This document shows, piece by piece, positions 55,755-64,000 of a DNA stretch of 64,000 bases. The position numbers and the translations under genes were made by a program. The stretch is from IMG/VR virus record IMGVR_UViG_3300010998_000001, positions 27,477 to 91,476 of that record. One strand, given 5' to 3'. Under the pieces are notes generated by a model. That model did not search any database, was not told the origin of the DNA, and saw nothing but the letters and a program-made list of their open reading frames with translations. The DNA is from a virus (Duplodnaviria > Heunggongvirae > Uroviricota > Caudoviricetes). Position 1 is the first letter of the stretch; every line of letters starts with the position of its first letter.

Positions 55755-55783
55755 AAACTAAAGGACTGGCTAAAAGCCAGTCC
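55755..55783 (-). terminator. intrinsic terminator after the tail tube gene
   Basis: GGACTGGC-N5-GCCAGTCC followed by TTTAGTTT on the - strand. Confidence 0.65.
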
Positions 55784-55794
55784 ATATGATTTAA

Positions 55795-56565
55795 TTAGGT
55801 TCCAGAACTAGGATTCACTGTAATCTCATCTTCCAGCTCGACGATCTCAATGAAGCTATCATCGTCGGTGGAGAGCAGATCGAAGCTCAGTGAAATGCTC
55901 TGAGGATCGCCCTCAGAAGAATAACTCAGATCAAGGTTGCGCTGGATCAGAGCCTTATGAATGATAATGCGCTTCGGAATCAGGTTGCCTTCCTCATCCT
56001 TGTCCAAAGTGGACAGATACAGAGTCAGGAACTTAGGCAGACGCTTGTTATTCAGGGTAACAGTATGGACACCGCTAGTACGCTTAACAAGGAAACCAAC
56101 CTCATACTTGCTGTCCTTCACAATCTCAGCCGCAGTAGTAGCGGTAAATGTGCCGGAAGCAAAAGTACCCTTAATCAGAGTTCCGCCGTAATCACCAGAA
56201 GCATACACAAACACATCACTCACAGTACCAGCAGACACAGCCAGAGGCAGAGTACCAGCAGTAGCGCAAGTAACCTCGGTTTTAACAAAATAGGTTGCGT
56301 CAGTGTCAATCACGCCATCAGAATAGAGAGCAAGAAGCTGAAGGGGAGCCACCTGAACCTCAAGGGTGAAAGTGCCCTCAAGAGGGTTATTAAACGCAAC
56401 ACGCCGCGCACCATGGCCCATAGCGTACACACTATCAGAAGTAATATTCAGTCCAGTAGTATTACCGTATTCATAGTGCATATAAGGAGTGCCATCAGCG
56501 TAATTCACAAGGTCAATATCGCAAACTTCGCGGTTCGCAACATAAGTCTTAGCATCAACAGACAT
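55795..56565 (-). CDS. major tail tube protein
   Basis: NREVCD+.L, LSYSSEGDPQSISLSFDL. Followed by a terminator. Position in the tail module. Confidence 0.8.
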   Translation of the reverse strand: MSVDAKTYVANREVCDIDLVNYADGTPYMHYEYGNTTGLNITSDSVYAMGHGARRVAFNNPLEGTFTLEVQVAPLQLLALYSDGVIDTDATYFVKTEVTCATAGTLPLAVSAGTVSDVFVYASGDYGGTLIKGTFASGTFTATTAAEIVKDSKYEVGFLVKRTSGVHTVTLNNKRLPKFLTLYLSTLDKDEEGNLIPKRIIIHKALIQRNLDLSYSSEGDPQSISLSFDLLSTDDDSFIEIVELEDEITVNPSSGT

Positions 56566-56612
56566 ATTATTTTCCTCCCATAATAATTTTTCTTTGCGCC
56601 ATAATGCGCATA

Positions 56613-57407
56613 TTATTTATCAAATTCGTTTTTATACCACAAACTAGAATCAAACGTTTTCTTTTCGTCGCCCCACACAGATACCCTTGTCGCGTCAATA
56701 TCATAGAAAGCATCTAATTGGAGCCGATTAAACGTATCAATAGCTTGATATAACGTTAGATCATAAACGTTCAAATAATTTAGCGCTGGATGCCTACCGC
56801 CAGCTAAAGCGGAAATAATATTTGGCAACGTCAAGTTCTTATCAGCTTTCTTGTTTTTCTTTTTCTTGAGCCGCCCAGCTTGCATTTTCAACCACATCTG
56901 GCGGGCCATTTTGTTCTTGAAATGCTGATCTTCTTCGCGTTCTTCTTCTTCGACATCCATGCCGCAAATTTGAGCCATGATATTAACAACATCTTGAAAA
57001 TTGTTTTCATTCACTACTCCGCGTACATCAGTCTCAATCTGTATGTTGTCTTGATCTGCACCAGGATTAAGTATTACAAAACAATCTTCAAGGAATACGA
57101 CCTCTTCAATAAAGAAAAAGTTGAAAATATTAAGATACATCATTTGGAATTGTGGAAATTGTAAGACAATATCATAAAGCCGCAAATGAATCTTTTCTTC
57201 ATCCGTTAATGATTCCCAATATGCCACACGCTTTTCGTCTTTGCTTTCTCCATAAAAAATCTCCGGCGTTAGCCGGAGGAAGTCTTGATACATCCCGAAT
57301 GAATCGAATGTCATATCTTCAATTTCTCTTAAAGTTGGTTTCTTCACCGACCCTATAGACAGCTTGATAGGGGAGGGGCCGATCATTGCGCCATAATCAA
57401 TCTTCAT
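56613..57407 (-). CDS. virion morphogenesis protein (hypothetical)
   Basis: 264 aa in the head-tail block, with IG.VKKPTL+EI and V.+LT+YQ..D motifs. Confidence 0.55.
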   Translation of the reverse strand: MKIDYGAMIGPSPIKLSIGSVKKPTLREIEDMTFDSFGMYQDFLRLTPEIFYGESKDEKRVAYWESLTDEEKIHLRLYDIVLQFPQFQMMYLNIFNFFFIEEVVFLEDCFVILNPGADQDNIQIETDVRGVVNENNFQDVVNIMAQICGMDVEEEEREEDQHFKNKMARQMWLKMQAGRLKKKKNKKADKNLTLPNIISALAGGRHPALNYLNVYDLTLYQAIDTFNRLQLDAFYDIDATRVSVWGDEKKTFDSSLWYKNEFDK

Positions 57408-57895
57408 CTGAAATTCGGCACACTAAAAGTTAATACAGTTCCATAAAAATGGCTGGCCTGGTATAATTCTTCGCTGTCTAATTTTAACTGGCCTATGCCA
57501 AAACTGTTTGTGACTTCTTCATCATTTAAAAGAACATCTTCAATCATTTGTGTCAATACGTCAACACGATTACCAATGAATTGCCCATCATCATACTTGT
57601 CAATAATATCCACATGACACAACACATACATAATAATCTTACAAGTTTTTGTATTCGTATGTATTTCTGGAAATACAACATCATAAAAGATATATGTATT
57701 CGTTTTTAAAACCGTATCATCAACATACAAATGTGAAAAGACACGATCCTTAAAATATTTCTGAATTGCAGATGGACTCATATTTGATGTGTCACCTAAT
57801 AATAACTCTTTTATATCGCTTGAGCGATATAGAGCGGTGTTAATTACTTGTTTAAACAATCCGCGCTCAGATGTAGATTTGTTATCTCTAAACAC
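57404..57895 (-). CDS. putative tail terminator
   Basis: 163 aa, R.D.L...I+..LN..G+G pattern, and position. Confidence 0.5.
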   Translation of the reverse strand: MFRDNKSTSERGLFKQVINTALYRSSDIKELLLGDTSNMSPSAIQKYFKDRVFSHLYVDDTVLKTNTYIFYDVVFPEIHTNTKTCKIIMYVLCHVDIIDKYDDGQFIGNRVDVLTQMIEDVLLNDEEVTNSFGIGQLKLDSEELYQASHFYGTVLTFSVPNFR

Positions 57896-57907
57896 TTAAC
57901 CACCGCC

Positions 57908-58975
57908 TTATATAAACGAACGCACAGTAATAGTAATAGAATCTGGTTCAAAATTATCACAAGTCAGATTCAATACAAACTGTTTGTTAATTAGTTTTTT
58001 GTTATTGGCGGCTATATAAATTCTATCTTCATCATACGACACAATTAGATAATCAGTATAATCACTCACTATTTCCCATGTTGGTATAGCAGAAATCTCA
58101 TTACCATCATTATCATAGAACCTTGCCAAGAATACACCAGCATCTAATCCATTATATATTTCATCACTGTCATAAACTATTTTGCAAGAAGAAGGTATAG
58201 ATACATCTGGCTCTGCTGGTTCATAACATAACCAATAGCCATTTTTATTTACCTTGTAATAACCATCTTTTTCATGCTGCTCATCCTGTGTCACTAATAA
58301 TTGAAATAGCCCACCATTTGTATAATCGTATAAGATAGAATCAACACGAGTGATCTTATATGTAATTACCTCATTTTCAGTATTAGATTGAATGCTATCA
58401 TCAAACGTACTTTCATATATCTCACAACGCTTGTCTATTATGAATCTCTGTCCTATATGTAAAAGCAAACATTCAGTATCGTTTGGCATAACTACCATTA
58501 GCTGGTCTGTTCGCAATGTATAGTAACGGCTTGCAGTTTCGCCATTGTTATATTGCGAGGCGGAAGTAATATTCGTCCAACGCTGTACAATAGCCCCCGA
58601 ACTATTGATCCACGTCAACTTATAGTTGCACAATGATAATATAGCTTTTTCATACACACCATTATTGTCTACTACGCTTACTACAATCCAAAAACGATTA
58701 TCCCAATTAAAATAGTCACCAGCTACACATGTTCCAATTGGAACAAGCGCGTGGCGAACCAGAGACTTTAACTTAGTATCAGTCAACGCATTTTGAATTA
58801 CTGCACGAAGTTCGGTACATTTAGACAGATCGTAGTTATATAATTTTACATCAGTTGCAATAAAAGAATCTAAAGCCTCAAAAAAACCTTCTTGACCATA
58901 ATCGTCAAATGCTTCATCCTCGTATCCACTTATTTGATCGTGTGGCGACTTTAACAAATACCATTCTTTTGCCAT
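57908..58975 (-). CDS. putative head-closure protein with Ig-like C-terminus
   Basis: GD...W....W++, CN..L.W motifs and position. Confidence 0.55.
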   Translation of the reverse strand: MAKEWYLLKSPHDQISGYEDEAFDDYGQEGFFEALDSFIATDVKLYNYDLSKCTELRAVIQNALTDTKLKSLVRHALVPIGTCVAGDYFNWDNRFWIVVSVVDNNGVYEKAILSLCNYKLTWINSSGAIVQRWTNITSASQYNNGETASRYYTLRTDQLMVVMPNDTECLLLHIGQRFIIDKRCEIYESTFDDSIQSNTENEVITYKITRVDSILYDYTNGGLFQLLVTQDEQHEKDGYYKVNKNGYWLCYEPAEPDVSIPSSCKIVYDSDEIYNGLDAGVFLARFYDNDGNEISAIPTWEIVSDYTDYLIVSYDEDRIYIAANNKKLINKQFVLNLTCDNFEPDSITITVRSFI

Positions 58976-58986
58976 AGTGTACCACC

Positions 58987-59376
58987 TTATGAATACGCCG
59001 TTGGTTTCTGATTAAAATACATTTGCTCCATCTTCCTGTCATTGCGTTCAAGCTCTGCTCTGGCTGCGGTTTTTGAGCCATTATTGCCATCAATCGAAAT
59101 GTCTTTGCCAACAATAGAAATACGTTTGTTTACTTTGGAAACTTCGCGTTCAAGATAGAAAACCTTCATTGCTTGTGCTAAAGAATCAATTACATATTGA
59201 TCTAATGTAATATCAAATTCGTCCGCATCCTCATCGTATGTTATTTTTTCTATTTCGACGCAATACTGAGCAACAGCCTTTTTAAGCCATAACAATTCTA
59301 ATGCTGCTGGGATTTCACATTTGTCTTGGAATGATGACTCAAAGCTGTCATAAACTTCCGAAAATGGAGTTGCCAT
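58987..59376 (-). CDS. putative head-tail connector
   Basis: MATPFSEVYDSF N-terminus, helical 129 aa, two genes after the capsid. Confidence 0.6.
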   Translation of the reverse strand: MATPFSEVYDSFESSFQDKCEIPAALELLWLKKAVAQYCVEIEKITYDEDADEFDITLDQYVIDSLAQAMKVFYLEREVSKVNKRISIVGKDISIDGNNGSKTAARAELERNDRKMEQMYFNQKPTAYS

Positions 59377-59402
59377 AACAAGTCATCCCCCTTATTTAAT
59401 GG

Positions 59403-59882
59403 TTAATTTTCGTATTTAAAACCAGTATAGTTTTCTGCAAATTTAATTTTTGCGTAATCATTAATTTTTAGGCGCTTTATTGCGCCCATAACAGCTTTCT
59501 TCTCAGCTCGTGTTACAAACGAATCTTTAAAGTGCTGTTCAAAAGCCGATTGTGTTTTATAATCAAACACTTTCTTTACCAGTTCGTCGCTAAATACAAC
59601 CTGTTTTGTCTTTCCATCTTCTGAATCAAAACCAAGTTCTTTTCTAGTTTCTGCATCATCGATAAACCATGTTGCATGACTTCCGTTACCGTCAACGCCA
59701 CCAATGGCCTTATTATTATTCTGGAATTGTGCGATTAACTCAGCACGACGTTCTAACACAGAACCAAATGGTGCAATATTAATTGAACCATTTTCCGTAA
59801 TGCGGTCACATCCAGTAGACCATCCAGCAATACTTTTTAAAACAACTCTCTTATCGAGATCAAAAACCTTTTCATTATCCAT
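59403..59882 (-). CDS. hypothetical virion-associated protein
   Basis: 159 aa with a GAGG SD. Confidence 0.65.
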   Translation of the reverse strand: MDNEKVFDLDKRVVLKSIAGWSTGCDRITENGSINIAPFGSVLERRAELIAQFQNNNKAIGGVDGNGSHATWFIDDAETRKELGFDSEDGKTKQVVFSDELVKKVFDYKTQSAFEQHFKDSFVTRAEKKAVMGAIKRLKINDYAKIKFAENYTGFKYEN

Positions 59883-59915
59883 AATTATTACCTCATTTCG
59901 ATTATTTTTAAGTTA

Positions 59916-60101
59916 TCAACTAATTTCATGCTTTACTTTATTGTATAAAGATATAATCTTATCTAATCTATCGGATTTTTGAAAAGTCCAATATCTACAT
60001 TTACTGTTTTGATTAACACTTGAATCAATACATTTCTCTCCAAAAGCGCAACAAAAATGATAGAGTCGATAAGAATAACAATAGAATGTATTATTTTCCA
60101 T
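59916..60101 (-). CDS. small hypothetical protein (DUF5659-like)
   Basis: MENNTFYCYS.RL..F....G...YW.F.+S pattern. Start taken at the internal ATG 60101. Confidence 0.55.
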   Translation of the reverse strand: MENNTFYCYSYRLYHFCCAFGEKCIDSSVNQNSKCRYWTFQKSDRLDKIISLYNKVKHEIS

Positions 60102-60116
60102 TTGACTTACCATATA

Positions 60117-60146
60117 TAAAACAGGAGCGCTCTTTAAGAGCGCTCC
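60117..60146 (-). terminator. intrinsic terminator after the major capsid gene
   Basis: GGAGCGCTCT/AGAGCGCTCC stem followed by TGTTTT on the - strand. Confidence 0.75.
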
Positions 60147-60174
60147 CAAATATTATGTACTAATTTAGACAAAC

Positions 60175-61296
60175 TTACAGAGTGTCAAGAGATGCGTCGT
60201 GCAGAACGCCAATCTCATGCTCGCGGCCCTTGGCAACGTCGCAAGCCACTTCAATATCAAAGCGAGAAATCACATGACCAGTATGAACATCGTTACCAGT
60301 TAAAGTGGTCAAACCGCCCTTACTCCAAGTAGCGATAGGAGACTTACCGCCCGCAGGAAGCACAAAGGCAAGACCAGCAGGAAGCAGGGTGCCGAAGTTG
60401 ACATTAGTATTGGTGCCGTCAGACCAAGTACCAGTCAGATCATACTCGTTGTATGGATTCTCGATCTCCTGAAGGATAGCACCATTATACAGGGCGGGCA
60501 TACCAGCGGCAGCAATATCATTCATAGCTTTTTCAGAAATGCCAGTAATGGTAGTGCTATCAATACTGCCCTTATAACCAGCCCAAGGGGTGAACTGAGA
60601 CAGCACAGCATAATCGCCCACGATAGTAGGACGGCCATAACGACGTACTGCGGTCAGCACACCATCAACGCCAGCTTTAGCTAAACCATTGGTTCCCTCA
60701 TACATATAAGTAACACCCGTAGCATTTTCAATCGCATCGAAAACCTTTTTCACGATAGCAGCCTTGGCACGATTTAGAATATCAACCTTAACCTGGGCCA
60801 GACCCTCGTTCTCTTTGGACATATCTCCAAGAGCAACACGCCGATAGTCAACAGCATAGCCGCCGCTCACGGTGAAGGTAGGCACAGGATAACGCTCCAC
60901 ATAGATGCTAGGATAAACCACATCACCGTTGGGAGCCTGAATGCGAGAACGCTCGCCGTCATAACGAGTAATCTCACGCTCAATGCTCTCATCGAAACCA
61001 ACGTTCTGATAGGAACCGAAGATTGACAGGAGCTTGATTTCCTCCATCACAGGTGCCTCAATAGCAAAACGCCGAATAGTATTCAGCTCGGCAACAGCAG
61101 TATAATCGCCATTCTGAGCGCGCTCGCCAAGACCTTTGATATAATTAACAGCCGCATCAGCCTTCTTGCCAAAACGGTTAAGAGACTCACCGTTCACCAT
61201 GGCGGAGAACACTTCCACGACAGGAGAATGTGCATTAATATTATTGGTCAACACAACGCCGGAATCACGACGAATATCATTCAGTTCAAAGTTCAT
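60175..61296 (-). CDS. major capsid protein
   Basis: 373 aa after the scaffold and decoration genes, higher GC/biased codons, followed by a terminator. Confidence 0.8.
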   Translation of the reverse strand: MNFELNDIRRDSGVVLTNNINAHSPVVEVFSAMVNGESLNRFGKKADAAVNYIKGLGERAQNGDYTAVAELNTIRRFAIEAPVMEEIKLLSIFGSYQNVGFDESIEREITRYDGERSRIQAPNGDVVYPSIYVERYPVPTFTVSGGYAVDYRRVALGDMSKENEGLAQVKVDILNRAKAAIVKKVFDAIENATGVTYMYEGTNGLAKAGVDGVLTAVRRYGRPTIVGDYAVLSQFTPWAGYKGSIDSTTITGISEKAMNDIAAAGMPALYNGAILQEIENPYNEYDLTGTWSDGTNTNVNFGTLLPAGLAFVLPAGGKSPIATWSKGGLTTLTGNDVHTGHVISRFDIEVACDVAKGREHEIGVLHDASLDTL

Positions 61297-61333
61297 TATT
61301 TTATTCCATCCTTTCTATAAGAGTAGAAATCAA

Positions 61334-61765
61334 TTAGGCCACCATAATGAGAGCCTTAACCTTGTTCCCACCAATGCCAGTCATCTTATCGGTGACTTTG
61401 AAATACACACCAGACTCAGGTGCCTCAGAAGCAATAGCCAGAGCGCCATCCTCATTAATAGTCAACAAGGTAGTACCATCAGTAATGCTCGCAAAAGTCT
61501 CGCCGGAGCCATAAGCAATATGGCGCTCGTCGATCACGAGCTTCTGATCTTTCCAAAATTCAACATTAAAGCCATTCAGATATTCACCAGCGGCGAAAAT
61601 AACATCATCAACATAAGAATCGTCACCGGAAACAGTATTAGCAATCAGATACACGATGCCGTTATCATCAGTCAGAAAAGTATAATTAGCAACAGCTTTA
61701 TCAGAAGTCAGAACAGGGTTGTTCTTAGAATTATCAATCATGCCAACGGTTTCGCACTTAATCAT
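61334..61765 (-). CDS. head decoration / cement protein
   Basis: 143-aa beta-rich ORF between the scaffold and the capsid gene. Confidence 0.6.
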   Translation of the reverse strand: MIKCETVGMIDNSKNNPVLTSDKAVANYTFLTDDNGIVYLIANTVSGDDSYVDDVIFAAGEYLNGFNVEFWKDQKLVIDERHIAYGSGETFASITDGTTLLTINEDGALAIASEAPESGVYFKVTDKMTGIGGNKVKALIMVA

Positions 61766-61781
61766 TTTTCATTTCCTCCTA

Positions 61782-62972
61782 TTAAAAAATATTTAAATCC
61801 TCTGGCTCATTAGTCAGGGACACAGGGCTAAAAATATCAGCAATATCAACATCGGTTTCGTTAGTTTCAACAACGACACCTTCAGCCTCTTTCTTAGAAC
61901 GACCAATACCCTCATAAATCTTTTCAACGATGGAATTGATCTCCACAGACATAGGATCAGCGTTAAAAGCATCGATTTGCTCAGAAGCATAAGCCTTTTC
62001 CTCGTTGGTGAATTGAGCAACGGCGGCATTCATTTCACCAACACGTTCACGAGCCTTGGCCTCGCCAAGCTCTTTCTGCAAAGTGCAAAGCTCCGCATGA
62101 AGAGCATCTAACTCTTGATACTTCGCGCTTAGTTCATTCCGCGCATCCTCAAGAGCAGCTTTAATTTGATCCACGCTTGCATTCAGTTCATTCAGCTCAT
62201 TAATAGCATTGTCACGAGCTGTATTTGCTTCATTAACCTGGGCTTCACAATCAGCTCTTAACTGATTCAGCTCGGCAGTTTGATTAGAAAGCTCACCAAC
62301 AACAGAAGTAATAAGAGCTTTCAGTTCGGACTCATTCATTGTCATATCCTCCTTGTTTTGAGTTTCATTGAGTTCAATCAATTTGGAATTATAATCAGCG
62401 GGAGAAACGCCAAGTAAAGCCAATCCGCTGTATATGAAATCCATCGGGATTCGACCCTTATCTTTGTAGCCATACACATATTGGATTTGTTCATTTTCAG
62501 ATGTGTGCATAATTTCAACACTTCCATAAGGGGCATCACCAATTGCCATATCCTCTTCAAGTTTCTCTACAAAATTGTGATAGCAAGCGGCATCAATTTC
62601 GCCCTCACCAATCACGGCAAGAATGGTTTCACCATCTTCATTTTCAACCTCATCAATAGAAGCGCCAGTAAAAGAGCCAATCATAACAGCATCTTCAAAA
62701 ACTGGCTCACCATCAACGATGTCGGTTAATCCATGCCCGGCGAGTTCCGTTCTTTCTTCATCGAGAAAAGCACAACGTAGCGGCATTCCGGCGATAGTAG
62801 GTAATGCTTTTTCACAATACTCTCGAATCCATGTAATTCCATTGTCGTTATACATAGTTCCAACTTGCTCGGCCTCATTTACACAATCATCAGGGAATAT
62901 TCGGTGGAGTATCACTTTGAAATTCCGTCTACCATTTCTTTGTTCTTTACTTTGGATTTCAAAGGTTTTCAA
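61782..62972 (-). CDS. prohead protease/scaffold fusion-like protein
   Basis: Globular N-terminus (NDNG...GHG...GSVEI...G.ALLG..PA) plus a long coiled-coil C-terminus. Lies between portal and capsid. Confidence 0.7.
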   Translation of the reverse strand: MKTFEIQSKEQRNGRRNFKVILHRIFPDDCVNEAEQVGTMYNDNGITWIREYCEKALPTIAGMPLRCAFLDEERTELAGHGLTDIVDGEPVFEDAVMIGSFTGASIDEVENEDGETILAVIGEGEIDAACYHNFVEKLEEDMAIGDAPYGSVEIMHTSENEQIQYVYGYKDKGRIPMDFIYSGLALLGVSPADYNSKLIELNETQNKEDMTMNESELKALITSVVGELSNQTAELNQLRADCEAQVNEANTARDNAINELNELNASVDQIKAALEDARNELSAKYQELDALHAELCTLQKELGEAKARERVGEMNAAVAQFTNEEKAYASEQIDAFNADPMSVEINSIVEKIYEGIGRSKKEAEGVVVETNETDVDIADIFSPVSLTNEPEDLNIF

Positions 62973-63009
62973 CCGTTAATCACCGCCTTTCGTTGTGTAG
63001 TAACTATAT

Positions 63010-63036
63010 AAAAAGAGAGCCGTTGTTTCGGCTCTC
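63010..63036 (-). terminator. intrinsic terminator after the portal gene
   Basis: GAGAGCCG-N6-CGGCTCTC followed by TTTTT on the - strand. Confidence 0.7.
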
Positions 63037-63046
63037 AATTTACCAA

Positions 63047-64000
63047 TTAATTATCCGATGGGCTTGGTTGTGCATTGCCATTGTTAGCCCTGGATTTGAC
63101 CGTATTATCAGACGGATTATCTGTATTCGGTCTACCTGGTGATAAATCATTTCCAGATGTAGTATAAGATAATGGATGTGGCGGATACTTCTCGAAAATA
63201 TTATTATCATATTCCTCATCTAACAAGGCGTAATAAGCCTCTGGCTCAATACCACAAGCCGCAATATACGCACCCATTGATCCGCCAATAGTAGTGTATA
63301 AGTCCTTCATATACCCAACCATTTCTTTTTGATTAACAAATGTAGTCGGGAAATAATAAACCTCACACCAATTCTTTTGATCCTTAATAATACAAGATGA
63401 AATAACTTTATTAATCTCGTAAGTTAATTGTTCAATCCATTGAAAAATTTGCGAAGAAACAAGTTTTAAGTTTTGCTCTTGAGCACTATATGATCCAGAA
63501 CCAACGCCATTAAGAAGAGAAGCTGCCAAACCTAGATCAAGAGCAATCTTGTCATTTATGTTCGACTCATTCTTTTCGTCAAATATATCAGTGTTTTGCA
63601 CATCAAGCGCAGCTAATTTTGTACCAGCAGCCACAGAAACAAAAGAAGTGCCGCCCTTGCTAGTCTTGCCGAGGACAACACCTTTAACTGCATTATGCTG
63701 GTTTTCCTGTTGCGCCTTTGTTAAAGAAGAAACTCCTTTATCTTTAGACTCAGGAAATGTTTGATATACAACACGATTATTCAAATCATCGAGTATGCCA
63801 CGCTTAGTTTCTGTAAAATAGTCGCCATATAAAATATCATTAATAGCGGCAATCACCAAAGGTCTACCAAATGGTTCGTCGCTCTTAGATTTAATCTTTA
63901 ATGTTAGAGTATGCTTATTATCTAAGATAACCCAATTTCCATTTTCGCTTGACTTAAACCGTTTCTTTCTATAAGCTTCCCGTATCTCTTTTGGCGCTTT
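63047..64000 (-). CDS. portal protein (5'-truncated by the window edge)
   Basis: The frame is open from 64000 (KAPKEIREAY...NWVILD..T...K...EPFGRPL), so the track start at 63859 is internal. C-terminal PGRP motif. First gene of the head module. Confidence 0.8.
   Translation of the reverse strand, partial: KAPKEIREAYRKKRFKSSENGNWVILDNKHTLTLKIKSKSDEPFGRPLVIAAINDILYGDYFTETKRGILDDLNNRVVYQTFPESKDKGVSSLTKAQQENQHNAVKGVVLGKTSKGGTSFVSVAAGTKLAALDVQNTDIFDEKNESNINDKIALDLGLAASLLNGVGSGSYSAQEQNLKLVSSQIFQWIEQLTYEINKVISSCIIKDQKNWCEVYYFPTTFVNQKEMVGYMKDLYTTIGGSMGAYIAACGIEPEAYYALLDEEYDNNIFEKYPPHPLSYTTSGNDLSPGRPNTDNPSDNTVKSRANNGNAQPSPSDN

Noticed and set aside
28641-63764. Numerous + strand and alternate-frame ORFs within the right arm (e.g. 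30820..31470, 31783..32877, 33391..34011, 34275..34829, 55957..56583, 61166..61813)
   Set aside because: Shadow ORFs of long - strand structural genes, with no SDs or recognisable motifs. The same applies to the - strand shadows in the left arm.
1-64000. Impression of GCGC/GGCG enrichment in an AT-rich genome
   Set aside because: Cannot be quantified by eye. It needs a Markov-normalised k-mer count and may simply reflect Ala/Gly/Arg codon usage.

Overview
This window is the central part of a large temperate tailed-phage genome (SPbeta-like organisation), most likely from a Clostridia host, and it is read across an intact attP. The left arm (+ strand, 1-21.5 kb) encodes replication and nucleotide metabolism: DNA methyltransferase, SNF2 helicase, Sak, SSB, DnaB, primase, DnaE-type Pol III alpha, ThyX, Gmk, a class III RNR cluster and dUTPase, ending in a Tn916-type xis-int pair and attP. 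The right arm (- strand, 21.8-64 kb) encodes portal, head, tail and lysis genes plus a complete diversity-generating retroelement (DGR): a 2792-aa target with a C-terminal VR, then hairpin, double-length Avd, TR and RT. The most striking unannotated element is a 1302-nt group I intron (49411-50712, - strand) that splits the tape-measure gene. P1, P2, P3, P4, P7, P9.0, P9 and P10 can all be read from the sequence. Its P9 loop carries no homing endonuclease; instead it holds an antisense, separately terminated cargo gene (SHOCT + L7/L12-like + zinc ribbon). The attP core resembles the 3' end of lysS. All protein family calls are motif recognition by eye, not database searches.
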